Origin: Octopus sinensis
Lineage: Eukaryota
DNA: 64,000 nucleotides
Direction: 5' to 3'
Assembly (NCBI RefSeq): GCF_006345805.1
Contig: NC_043024.1
Span: 1,550,001-1,614,000, forward strand
Shown here in pieces: positions 13,263-25,269 of the stretch (positions within the stretch are counted from its first letter, which is position 1; every line of letters starts with the position of its first letter). Made by a program: the position numbers and the translations under genes. The notes beneath the pieces are model-generated. The model saw only the letters and a list, made by a program, of their open reading frames with translations, was not told the origin of the DNA and did no database searches.

Positions 13263-14662
13263 GTAAATATCTCTTGATACTTCCTTGCACTGATTGCAAG
13301 CTTAAACCTAACACAGCAGATGACCTGATGAATATCAGAGCTGCTGCATTATTTCTTTTTTTTTTCTGCTTAAGGCTGAGATACTTTTGGATCTGCCTGT
13401 GTATTTATATTTACTACTAGCTTAAAAGCTGCACTCTGTGTGGACCTTTGAGCTGGCTAAAGCATGACTATAATACAGTGGTTCTCAACCAGGGTCCATA
13501 TGGCCCCTGAAGGTCCATGTAAGATTTTTGGGGATCCATGATAGTATTTTAAGGGCCCTGAAGAAATTTTGCTTTAGATATATTTATTGCAAGAAATAGT
13601 TAAGTTTCTTTCTCTAACATTTTACTGAGTTCAACTTACACAAGTAAATGAGAGAAAAACAAAATAAGAATTTTGAAAGAGGTTTCTATGAAACTAGTTT
13701 TTAAACACAGAATGGATAACCACTCCTTTGAGTCTCAGGACCCGAAACAGTAATGGCCAGGGGGCGATTACAATGACAATAATAAAATATAACGTGAAGG
13801 CATTTCATTAGATATAGGAATCTGCCCTACATTTTAGATATCTCTTCTTCCCATGACAACCCAGTCTGTTGTTTTATACTGTTACACTTTTGAATCTGGC
13901 CAAAGATCCTCACACTTCCAGTTTCTGTGAATTCTAATGATATATTCCAGACATATTCAACCCTATCATTACTGTATTTCTGTTGAAATACACTGACTTT
14001 GTTTCAATTGATTTTCAATATAATGAAGAATTTAGAGAAATGACTGTCATTATTAAGCTGATATTTGGAACATAATTTGTTAGTGTACATCTGATGAAAG
14101 CTATTGTTTTAATTTGTGTTGAAAATAATAATGAATTTAGCAAAATAACTTTGTCCTATTAAATGGCATTTCATTAATTATGAGAACAAGGGTTCCAGAT
14201 GGTCCAATCAATGGAACAGCCTGCTTGTGAAATTAACATGCAAGTGGCTGTGGTTTCAGTGTAACACAGAATGTGACAAAGTTGGCCCTTTGAATTACCG
14301 GTACAGCTGGCTGAGTGGACCTGAGCAACATGAAATAAAGTGTATTTGCTCAAGGACACAAAGCATGGCTGGTAATTGAACTCATGGCCATATATATATA
14401 TATATATCTCCATGAGCTGAATCCCCTGCCCACCAAGCCATGCACCTTCACCTTCAGGATGTTGGTTGGGACATTTTCTAGCATTGAATTTTGATGTCAG
14501 GTTTTTGGGAATAATAGGAGCTGAGCTGGTGTCTGGTGGATTGTTATCAAAAGGGGTCAAATGTAACTGTGGGAGTAACCTGCATGAACGGGTGTTACAA
14601 ATGTATATTTACAATTTTAAAACTAAATAATTGTGTCTTTCCTTCATTTGTTTGTTTCGCAG

Positions 14663-14742
14663 GAGAGTGGGTTGGTGAAGAAGTTTTGAATCTTGGCCGC
14701 AGTCTAGGAGTTAATGATGTTGAAGGTCAGCGAGTGACTCAG
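14663..14742 (+). CDS. ARID2: ARID2 exon
   Basis: tcgcag|GA...CAG|gtatgt. Encodes REWVGEEVLNLGRSLGVNDVEGQRVTQ (compare LGINDIEGQRVLQ). 80 nt, phase 1 to 0. Confidence 0.92.
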
Positions 14743-14760
14743 GTATGTATATATGTATGT

Positions 14761-15143
14761 GGAGGCGCAATGGCCTAGTGGTTAGGGCAGCGGACTCGCG
14801 GTCATAGGATCGCGGTTTCGATTCCCAGAGCGGGCGTTGTGAGTGTCTATTGAGCGAAAACACCTAAAAGCTCCACGAGGCTCCGGCAGGGGATGGTGGT
14901 GATCCCTGCTGTACTCTTTCACCACAACTTTCTCTCACTCTTACTTCCTGTTTCTGTTGTACCTGTATTTCAAAGGGCCGGCCTTGTCACTCTCTGTGTC
15001 ACGCTGAATATCCCCAAGAACTACGTTAAGGGTACACGTGTCTGTGGAGTGCTCAGCCACTTACATGTTAATTTCACGAGCAGGCTGTTCCGTTGATCGG
15101 ATCTACCGGAACCCTCGTCGTCGTAACCGACGGAGTGCCTCCA
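14761..15143 (+). mobile_element. Young tRNA-derived SINE (same family as 12740)
   Basis: GGAGGCGCAATGGCCTAGTGGTTAGGGCAGCGG...GGTTTCGATTCCC head. Starts 19 nt after the exon donor. Confidence 0.85.
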
Positions 15144-15666
15144 TATATGTGTATGTATATATGAGGCTATAGTAGAAGACACTTGCCCAGCCTGAAATCA
15201 TGTATTTAAGAAAATATCATGAAGGAAATAAATTGCCCCCTCTCTTTCTTTATCTCCTTCAAAATGTGTCTTGACACAATGACCGCCACATATATTACCA
15301 CTGGCAAGCTTCACACAATCTCCATATGTACCACCTGTGGTACATTTTCATAATATTTTATTCTGTATCTTTGACACGGTTTTGAGGATAATTAGATAAT
15401 ATGAATGCTAAAATATTGAAGTTTAATTATGAAATATTGTGAAAATGCAAAAAAAATAAAATTACATTTCCTTGTAATGAAACAAAATGCAGTGTGACCA
15501 CATGAAACAAGTGGCACCCCTGCTAGATTTCAATAACAGGTTAATGTGGTGGTTAATGTATTAAATCTCTTGCATCTGGACAAACTTTATCTGTCGTCAA
15601 CTCTCTTTAGTTCTCTGACTCTGGAATTTCATTAAAGCTTTCTCTTTTTCTTTCCCATTCTTCTAG

Positions 15667-15743
15667 ATGGCTATCATAATCAGGAATTTATCTTTTGATG
15701 AAGAAAATTTGCAGATCTTGGCCAACAACAGAAGTGTGTTTAG
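15667..15743 (+). CDS. ARID2: ARID2 exon
   Basis: ttctag|ATG...TTTAG|gtaaaa. Encodes MAIIIRNLSFDEENLQILANNRSVFR (compare [22 protein letters not shown]). 77 nt, phase 0 to 2. Confidence 0.92.
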
Positions 15744-16216
15744 GTAAAAATCTTTTTTTTTTTAATTTCCCATCTTGAATGATAATTTCTCTTATAACCT
15801 TATCGTCATCACTATCATCATCGTCATCATCAAATGGTTGCTGTTTGTGCAACTGTTTCTTCTAGTTGGTAGATGGCTGGCTGTATTCATAGTCAGAACT
15901 TTGAGTGAAACTTCCGAGTGAGAGGTGATCATGTTTTATTTATCAGATTAATTCAAAACCGTCTGAATAAATAAACATTACATTTGAATGCTAAAGAGTT
16001 AATGCCAATAATATGGAGCTGGGGGCATTAGCCATTAAAAGTATCTCAAGGATTTGGAAGCATTATAAAACAGCCTCCATTTGATAGAAATTAATGACAC
16101 TCCGTGGTTAGTAATTATCCCTCCTTTGTCCCACTCAACCGTGAAACCACTCCAGTCTCCAGTTTGTCCCTTCCAACCATTCCAGTCAGTTAACTCCCTT
16201 CTCTTCTCTGTTGCAG

Positions 16217-16298
16217 GTTTCTATTACTTTGTGCCTACAGTAAATATGGCTCACTGCGGCAAATAGGACTGGATACTCTGGGCAATTCTGCCCTTCAG
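16217..16298 (+). CDS. ARID2: ARID2 exon
   Basis: ttgcag|G...CAG|gtaaga. Encodes FLLLCAYSKYGSLRQIGLDTLGNSALQ (compare FLLLSAHS...LRQLGLDTLGN). 82 nt, phase 2 to 0. Confidence 0.92.
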
Positions 16299-17163
16299 GT
16301 AAGACAGTTTTCAGTTCGTTTTTGTTGGGTTTTGTTTGTGTGTTGTATTTTGAGATTAGTTTTTCTCTTTTCACCTTTTACTTGGTTTAGTCATTGTGCT
16401 CAGGGACCAACGTGAAGGGTTTGGTTGAATATATTGACCCCAGAACATGTCTTTTGAGTCTAGTACTATTATTCCATTGATCTCTTTTGATGAACCATTA
16501 AGATACAGTGACATGAACAAACCAACACCAGTTGTCAAATGGTGGGGAGGGGGAGCACAAAGGCACACACACACGATGGGCTTCCATACAGTTTCCATCT
16601 ACCAAATTTACTCACTAGACATTGGTTGACTTCAGTCTTGAAAGCAAAAAAAATTGGGAGCCAGCTTTGTTCTCCGACCTTCAAGATGGGTTGATGTGTG
16701 CGAAAAGGTGAACTTCATTATGTACCTGTAATACTACTGGAATTCACAGCCAGTAGACTTTGTCCTGCCTCTGCGACATCACTAATGTTGATGTGTAGCT
16801 CCAGATAAATCCTAAAATCTATTCCATGTCTCTTTATGTGCATATTTTTTTCTCTCATTACACATACACTCTGAGTTATCTGCTCTTAGTATACACCCTC
16901 CTTTACACAAACACAGGAGATAGTGTTAGTTGAAGGCTACCAAATCTGCCATACACAGACAACTTCAGCTTTATATAGAGAGAGATTACACATGTTAAAT
17001 TATGTAAGCAAGTGCAGATGTATATACATACATACGTACATACATATGCATACACACAAGTATATACATACATACGTACATACATATGCATACACACAAT
17101 ATAGATTTGCTGTTTTATGTGATTCGTTTTACAAACTTTGACCAATGGTTTCTTTGGATTCAG

Positions 17164-17260
17164 ATGATCTTGGAGAGTGTTGACCACCCTGATACACAGC
17201 TGATCCTGAGGTTGATATCCAAATGTTTATGTTCCAGTGATAAATGTGAAGTAGTCCGTG
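17164..17260 (+). CDS. ARID2: ARID2 exon
   Basis: attcag|ATG...CGTG|gtaaga. Encodes MILESVDHPDTQLILRLISKCLCSSDKCEVVR. 97 nt, phase 0 to 1. Confidence 0.88.
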
Positions 17261-18959
17261 GTAAGAAAACATTTCCTTTCCATCTTTTGTTTATTGGTTG
17301 GTCTCAGCAGGATGGTCTGTGATTGCAAGGGAAAGAAACGTGGACTGGAAGACAGTCCCTGAGAAATCTGTGTAACCTTTTTGAAGCGAGTGATACAGTG
17401 TGCAGGTAATAGAGGTGAAACAGGAAAAGGGATTTTACAGGTGAAGAGTGGAAGCTGTTGTAGTTGAAGAGAGAGAGAAATTGCTCCATAGTGAATGAGT
17501 GTTTGAACTGTGCTTTTGGAACTAGCTTCAAAGGCTAAGCCCCTACATGTCACATCATCTCCTTATTTCTCATCAATGCAATTATATTACAATGCAACTC
17601 CCTCTTTTCTTCCTGTTGCATTTTCTATTTTCTTTACCTCTCCTCCAAACTGATATTTACCATTGACCATACCCCCCCACTTCCATCCCCTGTTTGCCAT
17701 TCACTGCATCACCTATATCCCCATCCCTAACCAGCTGTCACTTGCCTCACGCTCTTGCAGACTTAACCTGCTTTTCTGTCCCTCTGTCCCTCACACCCCT
17801 TCTCTTGTACCTTGCATTGTTCTGTCTTGTCTTGCAAGCTACATGGTGACCTCACTAGCGCCAGTGTCACAGAAATGCACCCAGCCCACACTCTGTAAAA
17901 TGGTTGGCATCAGGAAGGACTTCCAGCCATTGAAACCATGCCAAACCCTACACCGAGGTTTCATTCACCAGTCCATTCAGCTGTAAATGGGTAAACTCTA
18001 CAACAGATTGGCATTCCATTCAAGGGGGAAGTTGGTCTGCCCACCTAGCCAAATGATAGTGGTATCATTTGAAAGCTACAATAATTTTAGGGAGCACATT
18101 GTGACCAGCAGGGTATAACAACCTCCAATAGTGTGGTCAATACAGCAATAATGATAGTCTCTTGATCTGAGAAAGATGGTTCCACTGCAATTCCTTGCTG
18201 AATAACCTGTACCAAGGATTTGTTTATAGGGATCAAATGTTTGTGTTGTACATTAACTCCCTCATTCCCCTCCTTCAAATCAACATTGCATGAACAGGTA
18301 CGCAATGTGCTGCACATCAGATGTTGAGGTGATCGCAGAGCGACACGTGATGAAGTGTTCTGTTCAAGAACACAACATGACACACTGTTTGGTCTGGGAA
18401 TCAAACCTGCAATCTTATAATTGTGAATGCAACATCCTAACCTCTAAGCCACGTACCTTTACTTGATACAGTGATAGAATAACTGATAACCTACTGTATT
18501 TTGGGGCATATATGGTGCATCCCAATTTTAGCAGGCCTAACCTGCAAGAAGGAAACTGCAGCTGACCCTGAATCCCCAAGCTGACGATCTCACATGTTTG
18601 CATGTATTAGGAACCATGAAAATTTAGACTGACACCCTTTGGTTAGCTTTTATGGTAGACTGAGTTACAATACTTACATTAACCAAATATCACCACTGAC
18701 TTCCACCATCACCAGTATTGTCTATCATTAGTAACACTAACCATTTCTACCCAAATCCTGACCATCAACATATACAGTGCAGGGGAACTTTTGGAGGAAT
18801 TGTGTGTGTGTGTGGGGGGATGCAGTTATATGCCGGAAAATACAGTGTTTTGCAAACATTTATTTCTAGCGAGGGATGAATAATGATTTCTTCATAGTTG
18901 AGTTTCTTTCAGCTTTGTTTTATGTTATGCGTACAATGTTCTTCATTTCTTTCCACCAG

Positions 18960-19169
18960 GACTTGAAATTTTAAGCAAATTGTGCCAAGTGGAAGAAAAT
19001 GAAAGCTTATTGTCTGAACATCTGGAAAGTAAAGCATACGAGGATATATGTAAGCTGTTGACCATCCACGATATTCAGCTGATTATTTATACTCTAGAAG
19101 CCTTGTATCAGTTATCCGAATTAGGGGAGGCTACATCTGGTGCTATCTCTTCTGTGAAACATGCTGTCG
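18960..19169 (+). CDS. ARID2: ARID2 exon (ARM-like region)
   Basis: caccag|GA...GTCG|gtacgt. Encodes GLEILSKLCQVEENESLLSEHLESKAYEDICKLLTIHDIQLIIYTLEALYQLSELGE. 210 nt, phase 1 to 1. Confidence 0.93.
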
Positions 19170-20303
19170 GTACGTATGTTGGTTTGTTACTTTTTCTCAA
19201 CACTAACCCCACCAACCCTTCAAAAGCTATTTAAGCCATCCTGAAATAGAGCAGATTCTTGAAGTTACTGGTAGTTTTCCTTTCAGAAGCCGTCAGTTGG
19301 CTGGTAACTAACTTCTGGTCAGGAAATAAATTGTCTTTCCACTGGCTCACAGATAAACTCATGGAATGTACTTACCAAAAAAAAAAAACCTTTTTAGACA
19401 AAATACTTCAGAGTACCACTTGTGGTGCTCTACATTCTGAGTTCAAATACCTTTTAGTATTCAGGTTACTCTGTCAAATATAACATTTGCTTATTTGTAT
19501 TGTTTTGAATTAATCACGCATCATCTTGTTGCTTATAGATTTCGATGATGTGATTGTTTAGCTTCACTTTGACGTAGGATTGTGATAAAAGGTTAGATCT
19601 GGCTCTGGCCTGTTTCAACATCAAACGGGTTAACTATTTTGCCCGGATGTGGCCAGTTGGAATGCTAAAGGGTCAAACTCTTTTGTGGGGTCAGTGTTAT
19701 TATTGACTATTTCCTTCTCCTTAAAATTTCAGGCTTTCTAGCTCTGCTTTACTTTTAGTCAGAAAGGTCTTGCAGTATTTATCCTTTTACTTGCTTCAGT
19801 CATTAGACTGTGGCCATGCTGGGGCCATTGCCTTGAAGATTCTTAGTTGGATGATCGACTCCAGTAGTTCAAATTCACCTGAGGCTGACTTTGCCTTTCA
19901 TCTTTTCAGGGTCAATAAAATAAGTAGCAGTTGAACTCTTGGGTCGATGTAATCGATTAACCCCCATCCCCCAAAATTTCTGGCCTTGTGTCTATAGCAG
20001 GATGCATTATTATTATATTATTATTATTGTTGCTGCTGTTACTACTACAACCACCACCACAGTTGCTGCTACAACTTCCATTTTGATTTATAAATTTCCT
20101 TTGGATATCTTGGTTGAGTCAAGCTCTGCCATACCTCGTTAATGAGCTGATGAAATAAGTATCACTCAAAAACTGAGCTCTCAGTCCCACTCTTGAAAAA
20201 TTTATACTTGTATCATCATCATCATCATCGTCATCTTTACCATTGCCACTATTGCTATTACTACTACTGCTTTCATTTAAAATTCTTTTCTTTTTCCCGT
20301 TAG

Positions 20304-20465
20304 ATATCTTGGTCCAATTGGTTACCGTTGAGGCACAATCTTATGGTCCGAATTCTCTGATTGGTATCAAAGTCGTAGAGTTTGTCCCCCACCAGCAAGC
20401 AGGTTTGACAGCCATTGGACCTCCAGTGCCTCCGCAACCTCCACCACCCATTACTTTGAATTGCA
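20304..20465 (+). CDS. ARID2: ARID2 exon
   Basis: cgttag|AT...TGCA|gtaagt. Encodes DILVQLVTVEAQSYGPNSLIGIKVVEFVPHQQ...PPVPPQPPPP. 162 nt, phase 1 to 1. Confidence 0.92.
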
Positions 20466-21457
20466 GTAAGTATTGCATTTATTTTCTGTCTGTCTGTCTC
20501 TCTTGATTTAGTGGTTCAAATGATCTGGAATATTGCCTTTGGCTTTCAGATTATCCTCTCAAATGTAATGCTTATTGTTTTAAATTAATCAGGCTTTAAC
20601 TGATAGCATTGAGGTTTTGATGATGTGATTTTCAAATAAGTAATATAGTTTTAATTTTGTTTCTATAATTTTTAAGGGAAGCATTGGACCACATGCCTAT
20701 GATGTATATGGTCCTTGTGTGTGTCTGTGTGTGTGGGGGGGGAATCCATGTGAGATTTTGTTAAAATTTGAGTCATATATTGCTTATACTTCTGCAATAC
20801 ACAGAATATTAGGTTGTCCCAAAAGTTCGTAAACACTTGCGAAAATTGAATTTTTACTCGCCAAGTACTAACAAAAACAACAAAAATTATTCCTCAAAAT
20901 TAAGACCATTATTTTCCAAGACTTTCTACGAACTTTTGGGACAACCTTATATTTTAATGATTTTTTTAAAGAATACAATTCCAAATAATATAAAAATACT
21001 GTAGGAGTTTTGAAACATGCAATGGTTATGAAGGTTCACTTGAGTAAAATAGGAATCAAAAGGGTCCATAGGCAAAAAAAGGGTTGAGACCCACTGTTTT
21101 GAATGATCAAAAGTGGACCTCTTGGCAATATTACCAAGTCTATGAACTAGGAAACCAAGGGTCTGTATCAACTACGGCTGAATAAGATGGTGACATCAAT
21201 TTTCAGATGACCAGTGAATTGAAGTCACCATCATACAATCAGTGTTTCCAGTCTTGTGTGTAAACATTTCTAGCCTTGGGGGTGAGGGCCACTTATCTTG
21301 CTTGAAGGGCATCCAGCTGTAGAAAATCTTCTTCAACAAATTCTGTCCAACCCATGCAAGGATGGAAAAGTTGGTGTTAAAATTGATGATGATGGATATG
21401 GGTCTGCTTGGTGTCACTTTGCTGAACCACTCTATTGCTGTTTGTCCTTGCATCTCT

Positions 21458-21685
21458 TTAACCCTTTTGATACCAACCCGGCTGAAACCGGCTCTGGCTC
21501 TGAGTTCAAATGTCTTGTTTTCATAAGTTTTGAATTAAAATCTTCCACCAGACCTAAGTCACAATTTATGTTCCTAAAACTAGATTAATGATAACTAAGT
21601 TATTTTACTAAAGTATTTGTTATATTTAAAGTAATTGAAAGAAACACTGAACATCTCAAAATAAATACAGTAATGAAAGGGTTAA
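21458..21685. mobile_element. piggyBac-like MITE, inverted relative to 8063-8290
   Basis: TTAA|CCCTTTTGATACC...GTAATGAAAGGG|TTAA. Also 220 bp internal length. Confidence 0.7.
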
Positions 21686-21812
21686 CAGGCTGGAATTACT
21701 TTTGATGTGCTGAATGGTAAATGTCTTTGAACTGGGTACAATTTCATATCTAAGTATTGATTAACGATGCTTTCTTCATATCATTGTTAACGATTCCTTA
21801 TTCTTTTTCCAG

Positions 21813-21870
21813 AAACGGGGCCTCCACCAAGTTCTATTCCTACCTCTGAAATAGAAACCACCTGCAATTG
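21813..21870 (+). CDS. ARID2: ARID2 exon (entry to RFX-like domain)
   Basis: ttccag|AA...AATTG|gtaagg. Encodes KTGPPPSSIPTSEIETTCNW. 58 nt, phase 1 to 2, bridging its neighbours exactly. Confidence 0.85.
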
Positions 21871-22290
21871 GTAAGGAACACTCTCTCATATCATTTTCTT
21901 AACCTTTTTTTATGATGCACACATATAATGTATTCATACCGTACACATAGGAAGCACTTGGTACACCCTGTAAAGTAGTTGGCACTAGGAAGGACATGCA
22001 GCTATAGAAACCATGCCAAAATGGCCTGTGGAGCCTGTTGCAGCTCTCAGCTTCGTCAGCTTGTGTCTAACCATCTAACTCATGCCAGCATGGAAAACAG
22101 ATGTTAAAAGATTATATATATAATGTGCAACAGAAGCAATCTGTGTATCATACTTAAAGCAGATACATTACTGAAAACCTAATTACTTGTGGTATTTGTC
22201 CTGAAGCAATATCTCTTATTGATACACAATGTTAAAAGAGACAGAACTATATCACTGGCAGATGAAAGTCCTCCAGCAGCAGTGGTGGTG

Positions 22291-22335
22291 TTGCTAAATG
22301 GCCATTTCTACCTCTTTGGGTTTCATCAGTAGCAA
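22291..22335 (-). ncRNA. Minimal type-I hammerhead ribozyme motif
   Basis: Minus strand TTGCTA-CTGATGA-AACC caaaga GGTA-GAAA-T ggcc AT-T^TAGCAA. 6-bp stem I, palindromic stem III ATGGCCAT, intact core, A.A mismatch at 10.1/11.1. Confidence 0.65.
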
Positions 22336-22486
22336 GTAGCCACTGACAAATGCATGCTAAGACAAAATCTATACACAGAGAGAGATATATAAATAGAAAA
22401 GGAAAATATCTTTTCAATATTATGTGTGTGTGTATTTGTATTTCACAATTTTATATCATATTATATTTCCTGATGATTATATAAAC

Positions 22487-22550
22487 CACCTGATGAATGA
22501 CTGTGACTCAAAAATTTGAAGATGTTAGCAGGCATGAAACGATTGTAGTG
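22487..22550 (+). ncRNA. Minimal type-I hammerhead ribozyme motif, sense to ARID2 pre-mRNA
   Basis: CAC-CTGATGA-ATGACTG...CAGGCAT-GAAAC gatt GTA^GTG. Stem II 6/7 paired and extendable, stem I 3 bp, GUA cleavage triplet after 22547. Confidence 0.7.
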
Positions 22551-22672
22551 TGATATTAATTATATTTTTTTAATAATTTTGTTATATATTTAAATAATAT
22601 AAATTAATCATATGTATTGGCTTAAGTTTTTCATTGTTTGATTCGCCTAATAGTGGTTTTGTCTATAATTTA

Positions 22673-22751
<79 letters not shown>

Positions 22752-23197
22752 TACAGCGGCTCAGGCGTGGCTGTGTGGTAAGAAGCTTGGTTCCCAACCA
22801 CATAGTTCCAGGTTCAGTCCCACTGCATGGTACCTTCGGCAAGTGTCTTTTACCATAGCCTCGGACCAACCAAAGCCTTGTGAGTGGATTTGGTAGACAG
22901 AAACTGGAAGAAACCTGTTGTGTGTGTGTGTATATATGTGTGTTTGTGTCTGTGTGTGTGTCACCTACCATCTCTTAACTATTGACGGTGTGTTTACTTC
23001 TCAGTAACTCAGCAGTTCAACAAAAGAGACCAATAGAATGAATACTAGGCTTACAAAGAATAAACTCCTGCAGTTGATTTCTTCAATTAAAGAATAAAAG
23101 CCTATATATACACATATTCACAGATAAACCTTCACTGTCTTCACCCTTTACTTTCCCCCTTATTCTGTTCTCTTACATTGCAATTCTCTTCTTTCAG

Positions 23198-23332
23198 GTT
23201 GCGAGCAAATCTTGAGTTGCGAGATGGCTGTTACATGTCTCACCTGTCATTGTACACAGATTATTTATCTTTTTGTAAAAAGTTTTCCTTACCAAACCCA
23301 CTGAATAGCTCAGTGTTGCATACCTGTGTTAA
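23198..23332 (+). CDS. ARID2: ARID2 exon, RFX-type winged-helix domain
   Basis: tttcag|G...GTTAA|gtaagt. Encodes WLRANLELRDGCYMSHLSLYTDYLSFCKKFSLPNPLNSSVLHTCVK. 135 nt, phase 2 to 2. Confidence 0.9.
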
Positions 23333-23878
23333 GTAAGTACTCCACCTCCCTTTCTTTGTCGTTTACATGTGTTTGGCTACTATATTTATCACAGACTACA
23401 CGAGGGGGTTAACCCATTAGAAGAGCATCATGACTTCAGATAAAGCACAAAGTCTACATCTGTTATAATTATGAAAGCTGCTTATTAATTAGTTTGGAGT
23501 GTGTAACTTTATTAAAAGAAAGCAATTATTCCAAGTCTATAGTATCTAGAAAATTTTTATAAATTCCAGTTTTAATGTTTTTATCAGAATGTAGGTAACT
23601 TTTAAAGATTCAATCACAAAACTAATTTTTATTCACTGTGACATAATCATCTCACAAGTTGAGATAGTATTTTTTAAAATTCACTGCGACATAGTCATCT
23701 CTCACTGTGAGATAGTATTCTCTGTCTATACATGTATGTGCATAACAGAGACACAAACCAATAATAATGTAATGTTCCATCTAATTGGGTTTCTGCAGCA
23801 ATCTTTGATAAACCAATACAGTTTGTTCAAATATGCATTTAAAGTTTTTCACTCTTTCTGTCATTTTACTCTTTTTAG

Positions 23879-23997
23879 GGCGGTATTTCCTAATGTTGAA
23901 GAGAAAATCATTGAAAGAAAAGATGGGAATAAAGACATTCAATTCAGTGGATTTTCAAAGAGGTCATCACCTCTGCCATTTGCAATCACTTGGCAAG
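23879..23997 (+). CDS. ARID2: ARID2 exon, end of RFX-type domain
   Basis: ttttag|G...CAAG|gtaggt. Encodes AVFPNVEEKIIERKDGNKDIQFSGFSKRSSPLPF (compare TVFPN...GVKRRAIPLP). 119 nt, phase 2 to 1. Confidence 0.9.
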
Positions 23998-24555
23998 GTA
24001 GGTTTGGTGGTTTGGAAGGAGAACGTTTTGATTGTTTAATAAGAATGGATGGTTAGAGAAGTGGAACAAAACCCAAACACTTGTCTCCACAATTAAACGA
24101 GAGAAAGAAACTGTTATATAATTACATAGCTATGTAGTTGAAGTTCAGGTAGAACTGTTTCTGTTTGAACGGTTACACTGAACTAGCTGGGAAGCTGCAG
24201 CAGTTGACTTCAATGGGGAATGAAACCATTTGCCATTCTTTGGCAAGTGCCTCATTGGCCAAGTCCTGCTTCCTGGTATTTGGTCTTTTTTTAACTGGTG
24301 AGAAATGTTGAGTCCGTCCTCCCAGGACACTAAGTTTGTCCCCAATGATCATTAACCATGAGTGCCATGATATTTCCAGATTACTACAGTTCTTGTATGA
24401 TTTCATTTTACTTTTCTAAGATTCCCCCATTATATTGTGCTGGCTGAATGCCTGCGTGGGCTCTTAAGAGCCAGACACGATCCAAATGGAGTGCAACAAG
24501 ATATTGTCTTGTAATGCAGCCTCTTCAGTTTAAATGCACACAACTTCTTAGCACC

Positions 24556-24597
24556 CCTCTCTCTCTCTCTCTCTCTCTCTCACTCTATCTATCTATC

Positions 24598-24638
<41 letters not shown>

Positions 24639-24665
24639 ATATATATATATATATTATATATATAT

Positions 24666-24710
<45 letters not shown>
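24556..24710. repeat. Compound (CT)n-(CTAT)n-(TA)n microsatellite
   Basis: Directly visible. Other long TA/CA runs at about 22674-22752, 25271-25318 and 36030-36090. Confidence 0.9.
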
Positions 24711-24868
24711 GCAACATATACCAAGCTAAATGTTGAAGTGGAAACCGAACATTAACCTCTCTCCTTATCCAATCGCTTACTACCATTGGTTTTATTACTC
24801 TAGTGAGCTAAGACTGTGTTGCCAATATTTTTTCAAATATTTTGCAGACCACACACACACACACACAC

Positions 24869-24900
<32 letters not shown>

Positions 24901-24980
24901 TATTTCATGTAGGATAAAATTTTTCTTAAAAAATTCTATCAATGGCCAGCATATTAAAAAATACCTTTAAAGGTTAAATT

Positions 24981-25269
24981 TATAAGTAAGGGCAAAAGAA
25001 AAAATTTCTATTGCCAAAATATCCCGTAAAAAGACATAAAGTTAATAACCATGTAATTTATCACTACAAGCACACGTTTCGAAGAAAGCCGACAGAAATT
25101 TCCCTTCATCACTGATGAAGGGAAGGTTCTTATGAACTAACTCTGAAATCGGGTCCGATGTGGTAATAACGGGATTTTTTAGAAATTTCTGTCGGCTTTC
25201 TTTGAAACGTGTGTCTGTAGTGATAATCAGCATATTTTGGCATTAAAAATTTTTTCTTTTGCCCTTACT

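Noticed and set aside
14660-14665. NAGNAG tandem acceptor (CAG GAG)
   Set aside because: The distal GAG is a poor acceptor and nothing in the sequence supports its use.
14761-14835. tRNA-like sequence with A and B boxes
   Set aside because: It continues into a 300-nt body shared with two other copies, one of which has a TSD. It is a SINE head, not a tRNA gene.
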